From: Haplodiscus bocki
Lineage: Eukaryota
DNA length: 64,000 bases
Direction: 5' to 3'
Assembly (NCBI GenBank): GCA_965655095.1
Contig: OZ296652.1
Coordinates: 96,658,001-96,722,000, forward strand
Below, piece after piece: positions 39,722 to 51,800 of the stretch. The notes beneath the pieces were generated by a model. The model was not told the DNA's origin and did not search any database. It saw only the letters and a program-made list of their open reading frames with translations. The translations under genes were made by a program, and so were the position numbers. Within the stretch, counting starts at the first letter, position 1. The number at the start of each line of letters is the position of its first letter.

Positions 39722-40504
39722 ATGGCGACAGCTGGCTCCCGTAGCCGCCTAAACTCTACATCTTCGGCGAAGGAATACAAAAACAATTGCGGCATATGTA
39801 ATGAAAAGGTGAACAAGGGTATTGCCTGTGACAAGTGCAATGTCTGGTTTCATGTGCCCTGTGTCAACCTAACATCAGACCAACTATCAGTCCTGGAATC
39901 ACTCAAGATCACCTGTTTGTACTGTGACTCTTGTTAAGAAACACGAGCGGAATCCTTCGAGCTCAAGGAAAAAATCTGCTCCATACAGGAATCTCTCAAC
40001 GATCTTATAAACACACTGCATAAAAGCAGTGATCCCAAAATTGACATTCAAAAGGAAAGTTTATGTCGAGCCGATAATCATCGATACCAAGCAAAAATGG
40101 TGTTTGTACCTGAAAACAACTTGAGATTTTCAAATGATCGGAAACTTCGCGACAAAAAAATTATAGAGGTTATTGCTACTGAACTAAACCTTCATAACGT
40201 ACAAGTCGCTGACTGCCACCGTAATGGTAAGTTTAATAATTCGAAACCCCGGCCTGTCAGTGCAACTTTTTCATCCATTTGGGACGCTACACGAATGGTC
40301 AGCAAAAGCATTGAAAAAAAGCTATTCCAAGAAAAACGTATTCTAGTCCTAGCCCAGCTCTCACCAAGCGACCAAGAAATTGAGAGATCCCTTCTTGCCA
40401 AGAGATATACCGTTATCAATGATGGAACCAATGAAACACGTATCAAGATTCGTAACCTCAAACTCTACATTGATGGAAAAGAAAGTGCGCATAACGACAA
40501 TTGA
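39722..40504 (+). pseudogene. LINE ORF1 (N-terminal PHD finger, C-terminal RRM-like region), disrupted
   Basis: CGIC..CDKCNVWFHVPC..CDSC is a C4HC3 PHD pattern (39722-39937, premature TAA). DCHRNGKFNNSKPRPV...IRNLKLYIDG (40097-40504) is typical of LINE ORF1. Confidence 0.85.
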
Positions 40505-43302
40505 CTAGTACAACCGCTCAAAATTGATATTTGACTGTACAATGTGCGCAGCTTGTGTTCCTTTGAAAAACAAGTTAAACTTGCTAATCGACTAGCACTT
40601 CTTCATGCCGATGCTGCCTGTCTCACTGAAACCTGGCTTAACTCTTCAATCGGCGACTCCAATATTTTTTCAAGTAGTTATTCGACCTCGGCTAGGGTTG
40701 ACAGAGCGACTGGTGAACATGGGGGAAGACTTATCCTTACCAAGAAAACTAAATACACTGACCAGATTGATTCCACTGTAGATTTTGGTTGCGCCACGAA
40801 AATACACACCTGCTGCCAGGACCTGTTGCTTAGCTGCATCTATAACCCCCCCTTTCCAGTAAATTCCGTAGCGCGGTCATCGATATCATCAATTTTCTCT
40901 CACATGTGATTAACCAGAACAGCAACCTACCCACTGTTATTTGCGGCGACTTCAACATGTCCGTTGTAAATTGGGATACATACCATAGCCATTCATCAGA
41001 CTCAGTTTAAATATTAAACTTTCTCAACAATCATGGGTTTGAACAATTAGTTACACTGCCAACGCATATTAATGGTAATACTCTTGATCTAATATTTGTC
41101 AACTTCTCTACTTGCCTTACTTCTGAAGTTGGCACCGCCATTACTGATTTTTCTGATCACTTTCTGATCAGTTTTCAGTGCTATTTTGACAATAAAAAGA
41201 CACATCTGTCCAATTGCAACCCCAAAGTCCACATGCCACCAAATTTTATTCTTATCTTCAACTGAAACTTGCCTCGTCGCTTTTCTCTGTTCTTTCTCCC
41301 ATTACCAGTGAAAACTATGCTAATGACTGGCTTGAAAACTTTGCTCAGTTTCTATCATTGTATTACCGAAAGAAGCGCCAAAAACGTCAAAATGACCCTT
41401 TCTATTATTCTTCCCACACCATGCACCTGCTAAATGTCCTCAACACTGCCAAACGACGCTGTGAGAAATATCCCTCGGCCTCAAACTTGTGGAAAATGAG
41501 CGCGATTGCTCGCGACGTCAATATTTTTATCAAACTTGACACCGCTGTTTTTGTGGACTCCTTCACGAAACGTAATAGTGGACTAAACGGCTGCTTCAAA
41601 CAACAAAAAAGACCCAAAACCTCGAACGTACCAAACGTCATGATCCACAACGACGTGAAACTTCAGCAAAATTTTGACATCGCTGAAGCCCTCAAGGCTT
41701 TTTTGCCAGTGTCTTCAACCACAATAGGTCAGCGTTCAGTGACTTCAGTGATAATGAGATTAATACTGTACAAACTACACAAAATGATGTTTTTGGTGCG
41801 TTGTATTTGTCTACTCCTGGAAAGGGTCACGACGGATTCAGTGGTGACTTCCTGAAAACATGCTGTTCCGAATTTAGCTTTCATGTGTACAAGCTATTTC
41901 AAAGTATTCTACATAGTGGTATCTACCCTGAATAATGGAAAATCGCGAAAATCACCCCCGTTTTCAAACCCGGTAAAAAGCAGGATGTAACATGTTATCG
42001 GCCCATTAGTCTACTTTCCAAACTCACTCACTCGTTTGAAAGGGTAATTTTTAAGAAATTGTACAAGTTCATTGCCCCAAAACTGTCCACTCGGCAATTT
42101 TGTTTTCTAAAGGGCCGAAGCACCATCACACAACTCCTACTCTTTCTCACTGAGGCTTACTACGCGAACGAGAAGAACAATGAGCTGCATGCGTTCTATC
42201 TAGACTTTGCAAAGGCCTTCGACACAGTGCCCCACCATCTAATCCTTTCGAAACTCAGACAATTTGAAATTGGAAGTAATTTGCTCAAACTTATCCACAG
42301 CTACCTGATCGGACGAAAACAATTTGTTGAAAAAAATGGGACCAGCTCTACTCTCCGTGTCACTATCAGTGGGGTTCCACAAGGCTCTATCTTGGGTCCC
42401 CTACTCTTCCTCGTTTTCATAGATAATTTGCCTAACAGCTGCTCTGAGTCCCTCTTGTTCCTTTTTGCTGATGACTGCAAATCGATCAGCTCGGACATCC
42501 CTGCCCTAGAGCGGAACTTCCGCAGCTGTTTTCGTTGGGCACAGGAAAACCTTTTGACCTTCAATTTAAGCAAAACAAACTTTATCGCTTCTGGTAAAAG
42601 TTCTCCAGGACTATCGCTAAATATCGAAAATACTGCTATCCCTGCTTCCAATACTGTCAAAGACATGGGTCTTACTATCAGCTCTAACCTTTCCTGGTCA
42701 AGCCATATCGAACTCAAAGTTAAATCTGCGTTTTCAATCTTCTACAACCTCAAGAAGTCAATGCCGCCCAACACCCAGTAGCACACGAAAATCTTTTTGT
42801 TTAAATCCTACATTCTACAGTTTTATACGCCTCTGAAATTTGGTGCCCAAGCAAGACAGATTTGACACGTCTAGAACTTTTTCAATCTCGTGTGTTAAAA
42901 TGGGCCTGCCCTGGATCCAACTATAAAGAACGCTTATCGAAAGCTAAAATGCTGCCCATATCGTTGGAAATACAGCTCCGATCGCTTATTTTCTTGAACA
43001 GACTACTAAAAGGATTTCACAGCAATTTTCCTATTTTATCACATATGTATTTCACGATCCCAAATTCTGGTGCATACAACACCCGGTTATCTGAAAAGCC
43101 TATGTTCCATCTGCCGAAAGTCAAGAAGACACGAACGACCCACGATTTCTTCTACCGAGTGCCAAAACTTGTGAACTACTTCCATGCAAACACGAATCTG
43201 GATATATTCAAAAACCCCGCTAGTTTCAAATATACTGCTGCGGCCGAGTTCAACAAATTATTTTTGTTAAATATCTGTAACCTCGAGCAGCTGTACTTGT
43301 AA
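40505..43302 (+). pseudogene. LINE ORF2 (AP endonuclease + reverse transcriptase), disrupted
   Basis: APE motifs YNVRSL, CLTETWL, CIYNPP, ICGDFN, NTLDLIF, SDHF. RT motifs YRPISLL, LDFAKAFD, GVPQGSILGPLLF, FADD, KDMG. Several stops and frameshifts. Confidence 0.93.
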
Positions 43303-43347
43303 TTTTTAATTTCCCACTTACATTGCCTTCATAGCAATTCAAGTCTT

Positions 43348-43380
<33 letters not shown>

Positions 43381-45294
43381 TATGTTTTTTTTTCAAACTA
43401 GAACATGGGAATGATCTGATTTTGAATGGTACAGTTGTAGGTTTTGATGACAAAGTAACAGTTGAGGCCCGTCCTCGGCTAAGAAAACTGTAAACAGTTC
43501 AGTTCATCCTTTCTCTACAGTATCTTTGACTGTGATATCATCCCGCTCCAGTTACTGTCAACTTGTTTTTTACAAATTCGTTGATTTCAAAAAAAACGTT
43601 CCTCGCTGAGTCGTTGTTTTTGCCACTGTTTTGAATCGGTGGGAAAACGTCTTTAACTACAATAACTTTCGATCCTGAAACACCCGTCTTTCGTGTCTCC
43701 CATTTCTTTGCCACCTTGCAGGACACACTTACGAGCGTGTTGGAGTTCCATTAGCATGGTGGTGTCGTCAGGATTTTGATAGTGTTTACATACTCTGTCG
43801 GTAACATTATCAGTTACAGAGCTCAAAATTTTTAAGGGGCATAGAAACCTCATTGCCGTGGAAGCTCTAATTTATCATTTTTAACTTGTAACTTAATCTA
43901 GTAAGTCAGGTTTTGAGAATTATTTGTGCATTAGTACGGCGAAGTTTGTGACAACCTCCGACTTAGCCGACCCAATATTGCCCAAAATTATGTCTACGCT
44001 TTCCGAAATTTTATGTCAATCACCTCCGAATGAAGGGGTTGTTTTGGGGATTCCTCTATTTGATGTTAGCGAAATTTTTGAAAGGTTCATGAGGAGCTGG
44101 CCCCTCACGAAAACGGTTCAGTACATGAACAAGGTAGTTCTATTCGTTTACTTTTTAAGCGATTGTTGGTTTCAATAACTATCCTACTGACGCTTTCGAG
44201 GAGGAGCGGTCTTTTTAAGCGTCTAATAACGGGCCTTCGGTTCAGAATTTGGTGGCACTATAACTCTGCCCTCTTCCCTTAGCCAATTCTACTGCCAACG
44301 AATTTGTTGAAAAGAACAGCCAATAGGAGTTGGAGTCTGGGATCAATGTGAACCAACTGTTAAGGTTGAAAGACGTCGTTTCATAAGATGCCAGTTTTTT
44401 TTTATTTTGTCTATAGTCTTTCTTGACATCACGTCCTGTAACAGGGTATTACAGTTTAACCAGGCTTTATATTCCCTTGTTCATGCATTAGCTTCCTCAT
44501 AATTTTCACTATACCCTTGTTCACCATAACAAATAGTTGTTTTCAGAATTTCAGTCTCTTCCACCGAGGGAGAAGATAAATGTTTCAGTATCTGGGGAGC
44601 GCTTAAGTCAATTTTGTTCCAATCGACAAAGGAAGCCCGACACTTCTACTGGAACAAAGGACTAGCTGATCAATTCCGTAGGCCTAAAATTTTATTTATC
44701 CATTGGTTGAAAAAAAATATTCTATTCAAGGTGGAATTTCTCCTCTGTCCCGTTGTAACCTGCAAGGTTTTGGGCATAGGCGGTGAAATGTACGTAGTCT
44801 GTCTCAAAAATGAAAAACTGACCCTATGACGGAATTGAAAAAAATAAGCCAAAGTATATCAAGACAACACAAGTGGCAATAGCTTCGGGCTCGACACTTG
44901 AGTCTCTCGTAGTAACTGACTGCTCCTGTTGACAAACATGGGAAAACCTGGATGTGAATCCATCCACTTCTATGTAAGATACCTCTCTCAATAGACGAAC
45001 TTGACTAATATCACTGCTATCGGCAAGCCATCCATATTACCATTCAAAAAAATGCTTGCGACGAGCTGGTGTGAGTCATGGCTATCGAACAGAAACTACC
45101 TGTGATCTGACAAAAATGACTTTAAATATTACAAATAGGATAATTTGCAGTAGGCAAAATATCTTGTTACAGCGTTGTCTCCGTTGAGACGTAGGAATCT
45201 GAAAAGTGAAAAACACAAAAATTAACATTGCTTTCCACAATGGTTCCCTTGAAGTTCCAACTTTTTCGTGCTTCTTCTGTGAACAGCTCGCTGG

Positions 45295-48200
45295 GGAAAA
45301 GGATATGATAAAAAAACAGGATGAACACTAGGTTACTGTGGAATAAAACAAGATGATTTGAGATAAGATTAGATAAGATAAGATAGGCTAAAACAAGTTA
45401 AACAAAGATAACATAAAATACGAAAAGATAAGGTCAGATAAGATAAGATAAAATAACAATTTTTTGAAACAGTTCAATCAAGATAAGATAAAAAAGATAA
45501 GATAAAACGATATAGGAAAAGATAGAATCGGAAAAGTTAAGATATGATAACATTGAAGAAGTAGGAAACTTTAGGATAGGATAAATTAAAATGATATAAG
45601 ATAGGACAGTATGATGAGAGATAAAATAAGATATCATGAGATAAGGCAAGATAAGAGAACGGGAAATAAGATAAGATACAATGAGATGAGATGAACTAAG
45701 ATAACGTTAGATAGGATCAGATAAGATACAATCCGATCAGGAAAGATAAAATGGGATCAGCTAAAATAGGACTAAACAATTTGAACAAACACAGAGTATA
45801 AGAAGAGACAGTAAAAGACAAGCTAAGATAAATAAGAGGAAGTATTCAACGAAAATATAGGACAAAATAAGATAGGAAAAACTCAGATAACGTAAGATAA
45901 AATACGTCAACTTCCGATAAAATAGAAAAAAAAGTAGGATGAGATAAACGAATTAAGATACGACAAGAGCAGATATTATAAGATAAGGCAAGATTAGCTG
46001 AAATAAGAAAAGATGAGATATGCTAAGATAGGAAAAGATGTTATAAGATGAGATGAGATAAAACAGGCCAAAATGAGATACGATAGGATAAATCATTTTA
46101 GGAAAAGGTAAGACAAACTGATATATAATAAGTTGAGATGTGATTAGAGAAGAGATTATAAAAGGTAGCATAAAAAAAACGAAGAAAAGTTAAGTTATGA
46201 TAGGACGAAATGATCTAATAAACGATAAGATGAAGTATTCTAAGATAGGATAAGATAAAATGAAACACTATAAGGGAGGATGGGGCAAGGTTTTTTAGGA
46301 TGAGATAAGACAAGGGAAGATAAGATAGGATTGGATAAAGAAAGATCTTATGGCAAAAACAAGGATAAGGTAGGAAAGGATAAGATACGGTAACATAGGA
46401 TTGGATAAGATAAAGTTCAGACGATAAGATGAAATAGGATGAGATAAGATAAAATAAAGTAAGTTGTGATATGATGAGATTGGATTGGCTGAGAGAGGAT
46501 AAGCTAAGTTAAGTTAACATAGGATGAAATAGAAGGAGAAAAAATAAAAGAAGATGAGCTAAGATAGAATAGATTAAAATAACAAAGTGTAAAATAAAAA
46601 ACAAACGTTTTGATGTGATAAGATGAGATAATACAAAAAAAGTTGACATAAAATACGAGAAACCAATTCACGATAAGCTAGGATAAGTTGAGATTGAAAG
46701 GCGATGAGAAAAAGAATGACACAAATAAGGTAAGATATGGTGCGATATGAAGAGATGAGGTGAGTCGAGATGACAAAACAAAGGTTACGAAAAGAAAAAA
46801 CAAGATGAGAAAAGATTGGATAAGATAAAGTATGATGCGACGAGAAAAGTTAGACATAAAAGATAAGATAGGATAAGATAAGTTGTGAGACAACAAGCTA
46901 AGTGAAGACAGGATAAGATGAAAGAGGATGAGAAAAGATAATTGAAGATAAGCTATGATAAGATAAGTTAGGATAAGGAAAAAATAGGATAAGTTTATTG
47001 GAATATGTTAAGATTGGATCAGAGGTGATATGTTAAGGTAAGCCAAGTTAAGATGACGTAGGATAAAATAGGATGCGAAAAAATCAAAAGGACACCAGAA
47101 GCTTAGTTATGATGTCATAAAAAAAGACAAGATAAAATGAGAGAAGAAAAATTTAGATATGGCTTGTTCAGACAAGATGTTTTTGGAAAAAATGTTACAC
47201 AATAAGGTGAAATCTGCTAAACTAAGATAAAATAAGATAAGATAAGATAAGATGAGATGAGATAAGTTAAAAAAACTTTTCGGAAAAAATGAGAATTTAA
47301 TATAGGCTAAGATAAGTTGAAATAATACAGGAGAAGAAAGAGAAACTGTAAGGTAGATGAGTCTAAACATTAAACCATAAAATAAGAAGAGATGAGGAGG
47401 ATAAGTTTATATGAGACAAACTTTTTTAGGAAAAGATAAAACCGGGACAGTTAGAATATGATAACGTAAAATGATTCGACAATCGATGAGACACGAAAAG
47501 CGGAGACAGCTTGAAATAAGATGAAAAAAGATACGATAAAAAATATGAGATAGGACAAAGAAAGCTACGATAAGAAAAGACACGACTAGGACTCAGACAC
47601 AATGATAAGATTAAGTAACGAAAATTGAGAGATGGTGAGTTGATGCAAGATAAAAGGAGACTACACAAGATGAAAATTGATTTCAAAAATAGGCTAAGGT
47701 GAGAAAAGAAAACATAGCATGACATAACGTAGTATGATAGAAGACGACACTTATTTTGCAAAAATAAGATAAAACAAGTTGAGATGACGTTTTTTTGGAT
47801 GAGATAAGATAGGATAGGTTGGAACACGACAGAAAAAAGTATGAGAGAAGAAAAAAGCTAAGCTACGAACAATTAGGTCGACATGAAACGAGAGAAAAAA
47901 AAGTAACAAAAAAGTGTATGACAGGGTAAGTTAAGGTAAGATAGGAAAAGTTTTTTGTAAGAGAAAAGGAGGTAAGATATTTCCCGAAATGATAAGTGAA
48001 GACTAATCGAAAAGAAATAGGGAAAAGTAACTTAGGACAGGATAACATAGGATAAAATGAGCTGTTTTAGCAGAAGCTAAGATGAAGTTGTAAAAGATAA
48101 AACAAGAAATGATAAGATAGGATACGATATGTTAAAACGAAATAGGATAAGAAAAACTAAGATTAGATGAGATACGAGTAGTAATGAGAAGCTGTGATAG

Positions 48201-48505
48201 GATGAACTCTGAGATGGTCGCACAAGATAAGATGAGATAAGATAAGAAAAGACAAGAAAGATAAAAGAAGGTAATTTAAGATGAGATAAGATAAGAATGG
48301 ATATTAAAAAAAAATAGGGTAAGATAGGACTGGTAAGAATCTAGAAGGAAAACTATAAAGTCGGTTGCGCTAAAATGAAATCAGGTGAGAGAAGTTGAGA
48401 GATGATAACATAAAAAATTTAAACTACGATAACCTAAGATAAAGTAACAGAGGATAATATAATGTTAGAGAAGATGAGGTGAGACAAAATAAGACAAGAC
48501 CAGAT
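45295..48505 (+). repeat. Degenerate (GATAA)n satellite, duplicate copy (resumes at 52781-52850 after the Gypsy element)
   Basis: Matches 36010-39135 variant for variant. cagataagatcgaataagataag resumes directly after the 3' LTR. Confidence 0.95.
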
Positions 48506-48675
48506 TGTGGTGATTTCATATTTTATTAAACTCTGCTCCTATAGCCTTTTCACCACTTTATTATGTTACCTTTATTACATACTTCATAACCTGCTTTGTT
48601 TCAGTTGCTTGAAATGATGTACAATACAAACTCGATCTACTGTCTGTTTTGCTCAGTTTAAGTTAGGTCACGACA
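48506..48675 (+). repeat. 5' LTR (170 bp)
   Basis: TGTGGTGA...TCACGACA imperfect terminal inverted repeat. Contains Inr-like TCAGTT (48601-48606) and poly(A)-signal variant AATACA (48623-48628). Confidence 0.98.
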
Positions 48676-48677
48676 AT

Positions 48678-48689
48678 TTTCAAGCAACT
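48678..48689 (+). promoter_or_regulatory. Self-complementary primer-binding site (TTTCAAGCAACT)
   Basis: Starts 2 nt after the 5' LTR, lacks the TGG of tRNA-type PBSs, and is the exact reverse complement of LTR 48603-48614 (AGTTGCTTGAAA). Confidence 0.8.
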
Positions 48690-48849
48690 ATACATTTTGC
48701 TGTTGCTTGTCCAAGGAATCTTCCTGCACTGTTGACAAAGCGTTTTCCTCATTCAAAGGATAATGTATTGCCTGACGGACTTTATAAGGTATATTGCTCG
48801 AACGCGGTTATAAAAAAGATACATATTTGGGTGGCACAACTGAATCACT

Positions 48850-51800
48850 ATGGCAGACCCTGCCCCTTCCGCCAAATTCAATTTACATGCTCCAGTATTC
48901 GATGGCGGCGATGCTGAAAGCTTTAATCTATGGTTGTCTCAGTTTCAGAGATATATAAGCGTTACAAAGCCAGCCGAAGACGACAAACTCGATCTGTTTC
49001 TTCTCTGTGCTGGTAATAAGGCTGCTCAGTATTACAATGAAGTAACTTGGCCAGAACTTACCCAAGCCGAAAAAGATGCTGGTGTAACAGAGTTTTCACG
49101 TGCTGTTACCTTCATCACCAACAAATTTGTGTCTGGCAAAAATATTCTGTCTGAAAGAATAAAATTGTATTCGGCCAAACAACGACCGAACCAATCGCTA
49201 ACGGATTTTTTATCTGAACTGCGTCAGATTGCTAGTTATTGCAATTTCCCTACTGCCTTTGCTGACGAAGCTTTGCGTGATGCATTTTGCCAGGGACTTG
49301 CGTCTGATGGCTTGAAAAGGGCTGTATGCCGTGCTTTTGCTACTGCGACAGCTAACAACGTCGCATTTACACTAACAAATGCAGTCAGTGCCGCAGAAGT
49401 TGAAGAATCTGCTTTACAAAGTTCTAGCCAGGCTGAGACATCTATATCCGTTGCAGCACAAAAGGTAAACTCACGAAAGAATCGTGGAAACACTGGAAAT
49501 GAATCCAGCAGGACTAACAATCCCTGACACAAAAATGGTAAAACCGTCCGTTGTCACTGGTGTGGATCTGCTGATTTACACGGTAAAAAAGAATGTCCCG
49601 CCAAAGACAAAATTTGCACTAAATGTGGCCGTACTGGACACTTTGCTAAGGTTTGTCTATCAAAGTCCAAGGTATCTGCAAATAAAGTCGACTCTGACAG
49701 TGATTTTGATTTTGTGGCGGGCGCTTATGGCTCTAAATATAGCGTACGCCAATTTACAGACGTCAGAATTAACGGACGCAACCAAAGCTTCCTTATTGAC
49801 TCTGGTAGTGACATCACGGTAATCACTGAGAAGGTCGCACATCACTTAAATTTACACTACACGCGGATACAAGCCACTGCTAAATGTATTTCTTCCAATA
49901 AAATATCCCTGAAGGGTATTACAGACGTTACACTTTCTTTTTCGGGCGTGAAACTAAAGGAAACTGTTCATATTGCCGAACAACTGTGCGATCCTGCTAT
50001 AATGGGCACAAACGTTTTTTCAAAATTCAAATCAGTTACGATCAATTACGGCGGTAGCAATCCTAAAATTACAATTGCGTGTCAGAAAGTTGCCACTGAC
50101 AATTTACATTTTGGTTTTATTGACGTAGAACCTTTTGCTATTATTGTCTTGGAGCCAAACGCTACGCCAATTCGATGCCCATCAAGAATCAGATCCAGAG
50201 AGGATAATGAATTTATTCGCAAAGAAGTTACCAAATTGCTTAAACAAGGAATTATCGAACCCTCCAGCTCGCCCTGGCGTTCTCAAGTTGTTGTTGCTAA
50301 AAATAAGGATAAGAAACGAATGTGTATCGATTTTGCTTCCACAGTCAACAGATATACAGTTCCGGATGCGTATCCTATTCCAGTTATTGAAAATTTGCTC
50401 CAGAAAGTCAGTAAATGGAAATTTTACTCCTATATTGACCTCCAGTCTGCGTATCATCAGCTCCGTCTGAAAGATGACGAGAAACACCTCACTGCCTTCG
50501 AAGCTAACGGTCGTTTATACCAGTTTCGCAGATTACCATTTGGTGTGACCAATGGTGTTGCTGCATTTCAAAGAGCTATTGATATGTTGATTGAAGACTT
50601 GGAAGGCGTTGCTGCCAATATCGACGACGTCGTGGTCGGCGGCGAAACTCAAAAGGAGCATGATGAAGCTCTAGATAAATTTATGAGAGTCGCCGAGAAA
50701 CGTGGATTGATAATCAACCGAAAAAAAGCAAATTCAATACAACTGAATTGCATTTTTTAGGCCACGTCTTTAAATCAGGTAAAATGTACCCTGAAAAGGA
50801 ACGTATGGCACCATTGCTTGATTATCCTATTCCGAAGGCCAAAAAGGAATTGGATCGATTCGTTGGCCTAGCTGTATACTACTCAAAATGGATACCCTCC
50901 TTTGCTGCGGTAACAGAACCCTTATTCGCAGCTAAATTAAAGCCTACCTTTCCTCTAAATGCTAAAGCTTGTGAATCAATTAGAAATATCAAACAATTGG
51001 TGTCTGAATCAGCTCTATGGATTCCCGACCGCCATAAACCGTTTCGGTTAGAAACTGATGCTTCTGGCACTGCTATTGGTGGTGTTTTGTCGCAAGACGA
51101 CCGCCCTGTCGCTTTTGTTTCTCACAAATTGAGTGAACAAGAAATAAACTGGCCAGCAGTTGAGAAAGAAGCTTTTGCCATTGTTTGGTGCATTGACAGG
51201 CTCAAACACTTTTTAGTTGGTTCAAATTTTACGATTATAACGGACCAGAAAGGTGTTGCATACCTCCTTGATGGCAGACCGAAATCAGCTATCAAAAATA
51301 ATAAGTTATCACGATGGCGCCTTTCTCTTGCAGAATACAAATTCGACGTGCAATATCGTCCTGGAAGTCAAAATTCCGTTGCCGACGCGATGAGCAGAAT
51401 TGCCAACTTGTCTACCGACGATTTAGATAAACCATATATCTGTACAGAAATTGACACTGTTCTGGAACAAGCACACGACAAAATGGGACACCCCGGAATT
51501 GCACGCACGTGTGAATATTTACAGCGTCACTGTTACATTCCAAAGCTCAAAGACAAAGTAACGAAATATATTTCAAATTGTCGGATTTGTCTCGCGTTGA
51601 AACCAAAATTTTATTCCCCTCCGAAAGTGCCTTTGATAACATCAAAGACTCCATGGGAAAGATTATCGATAGATTTTGTAGGCCCCAAGCCTACAACAAG
51701 ATCTGGTTATACTTGTTTCCTAACTGTTGTTGACGAATTCAGCAGATTCCCTTTTGCTATTCCTATGAAAGATGCCAAAACATGCAACGTTATCACTGCG

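Larger units (their letters stand above)
39559..43380 (+). mobile_element. Full-length, inactivated CR1/L2-type non-LTR retrotransposon (LINE)
   Basis: Absent from the paralogous site at ~34095 (gtaattatgttttttc). Has PHD-ORF1 and APE-RT ORF2, a small 3' hairpin attgc-cttcata-gcaat (43322-43338) and a (CT)n tail (43345-43380). Possible 4-bp TSD TTAT. Confidence 0.93.
39155..48425. repeat. Copy 2 of the duplication, interrupted by a LINE (39559-43380)
   Basis: As for copy 1. Carries a second Polinton end, CACCTCTCTACTGCT (ends 39357), followed by GATTTT. Confidence 0.95.

Noticed and set aside
50721-50727. Programmed ribosomal frameshift in the Gypsy pol
   Set aside because: It falls inside the RT domain rather than at the gag-pol boundary, and a single A loss in a homopolymer explains it.
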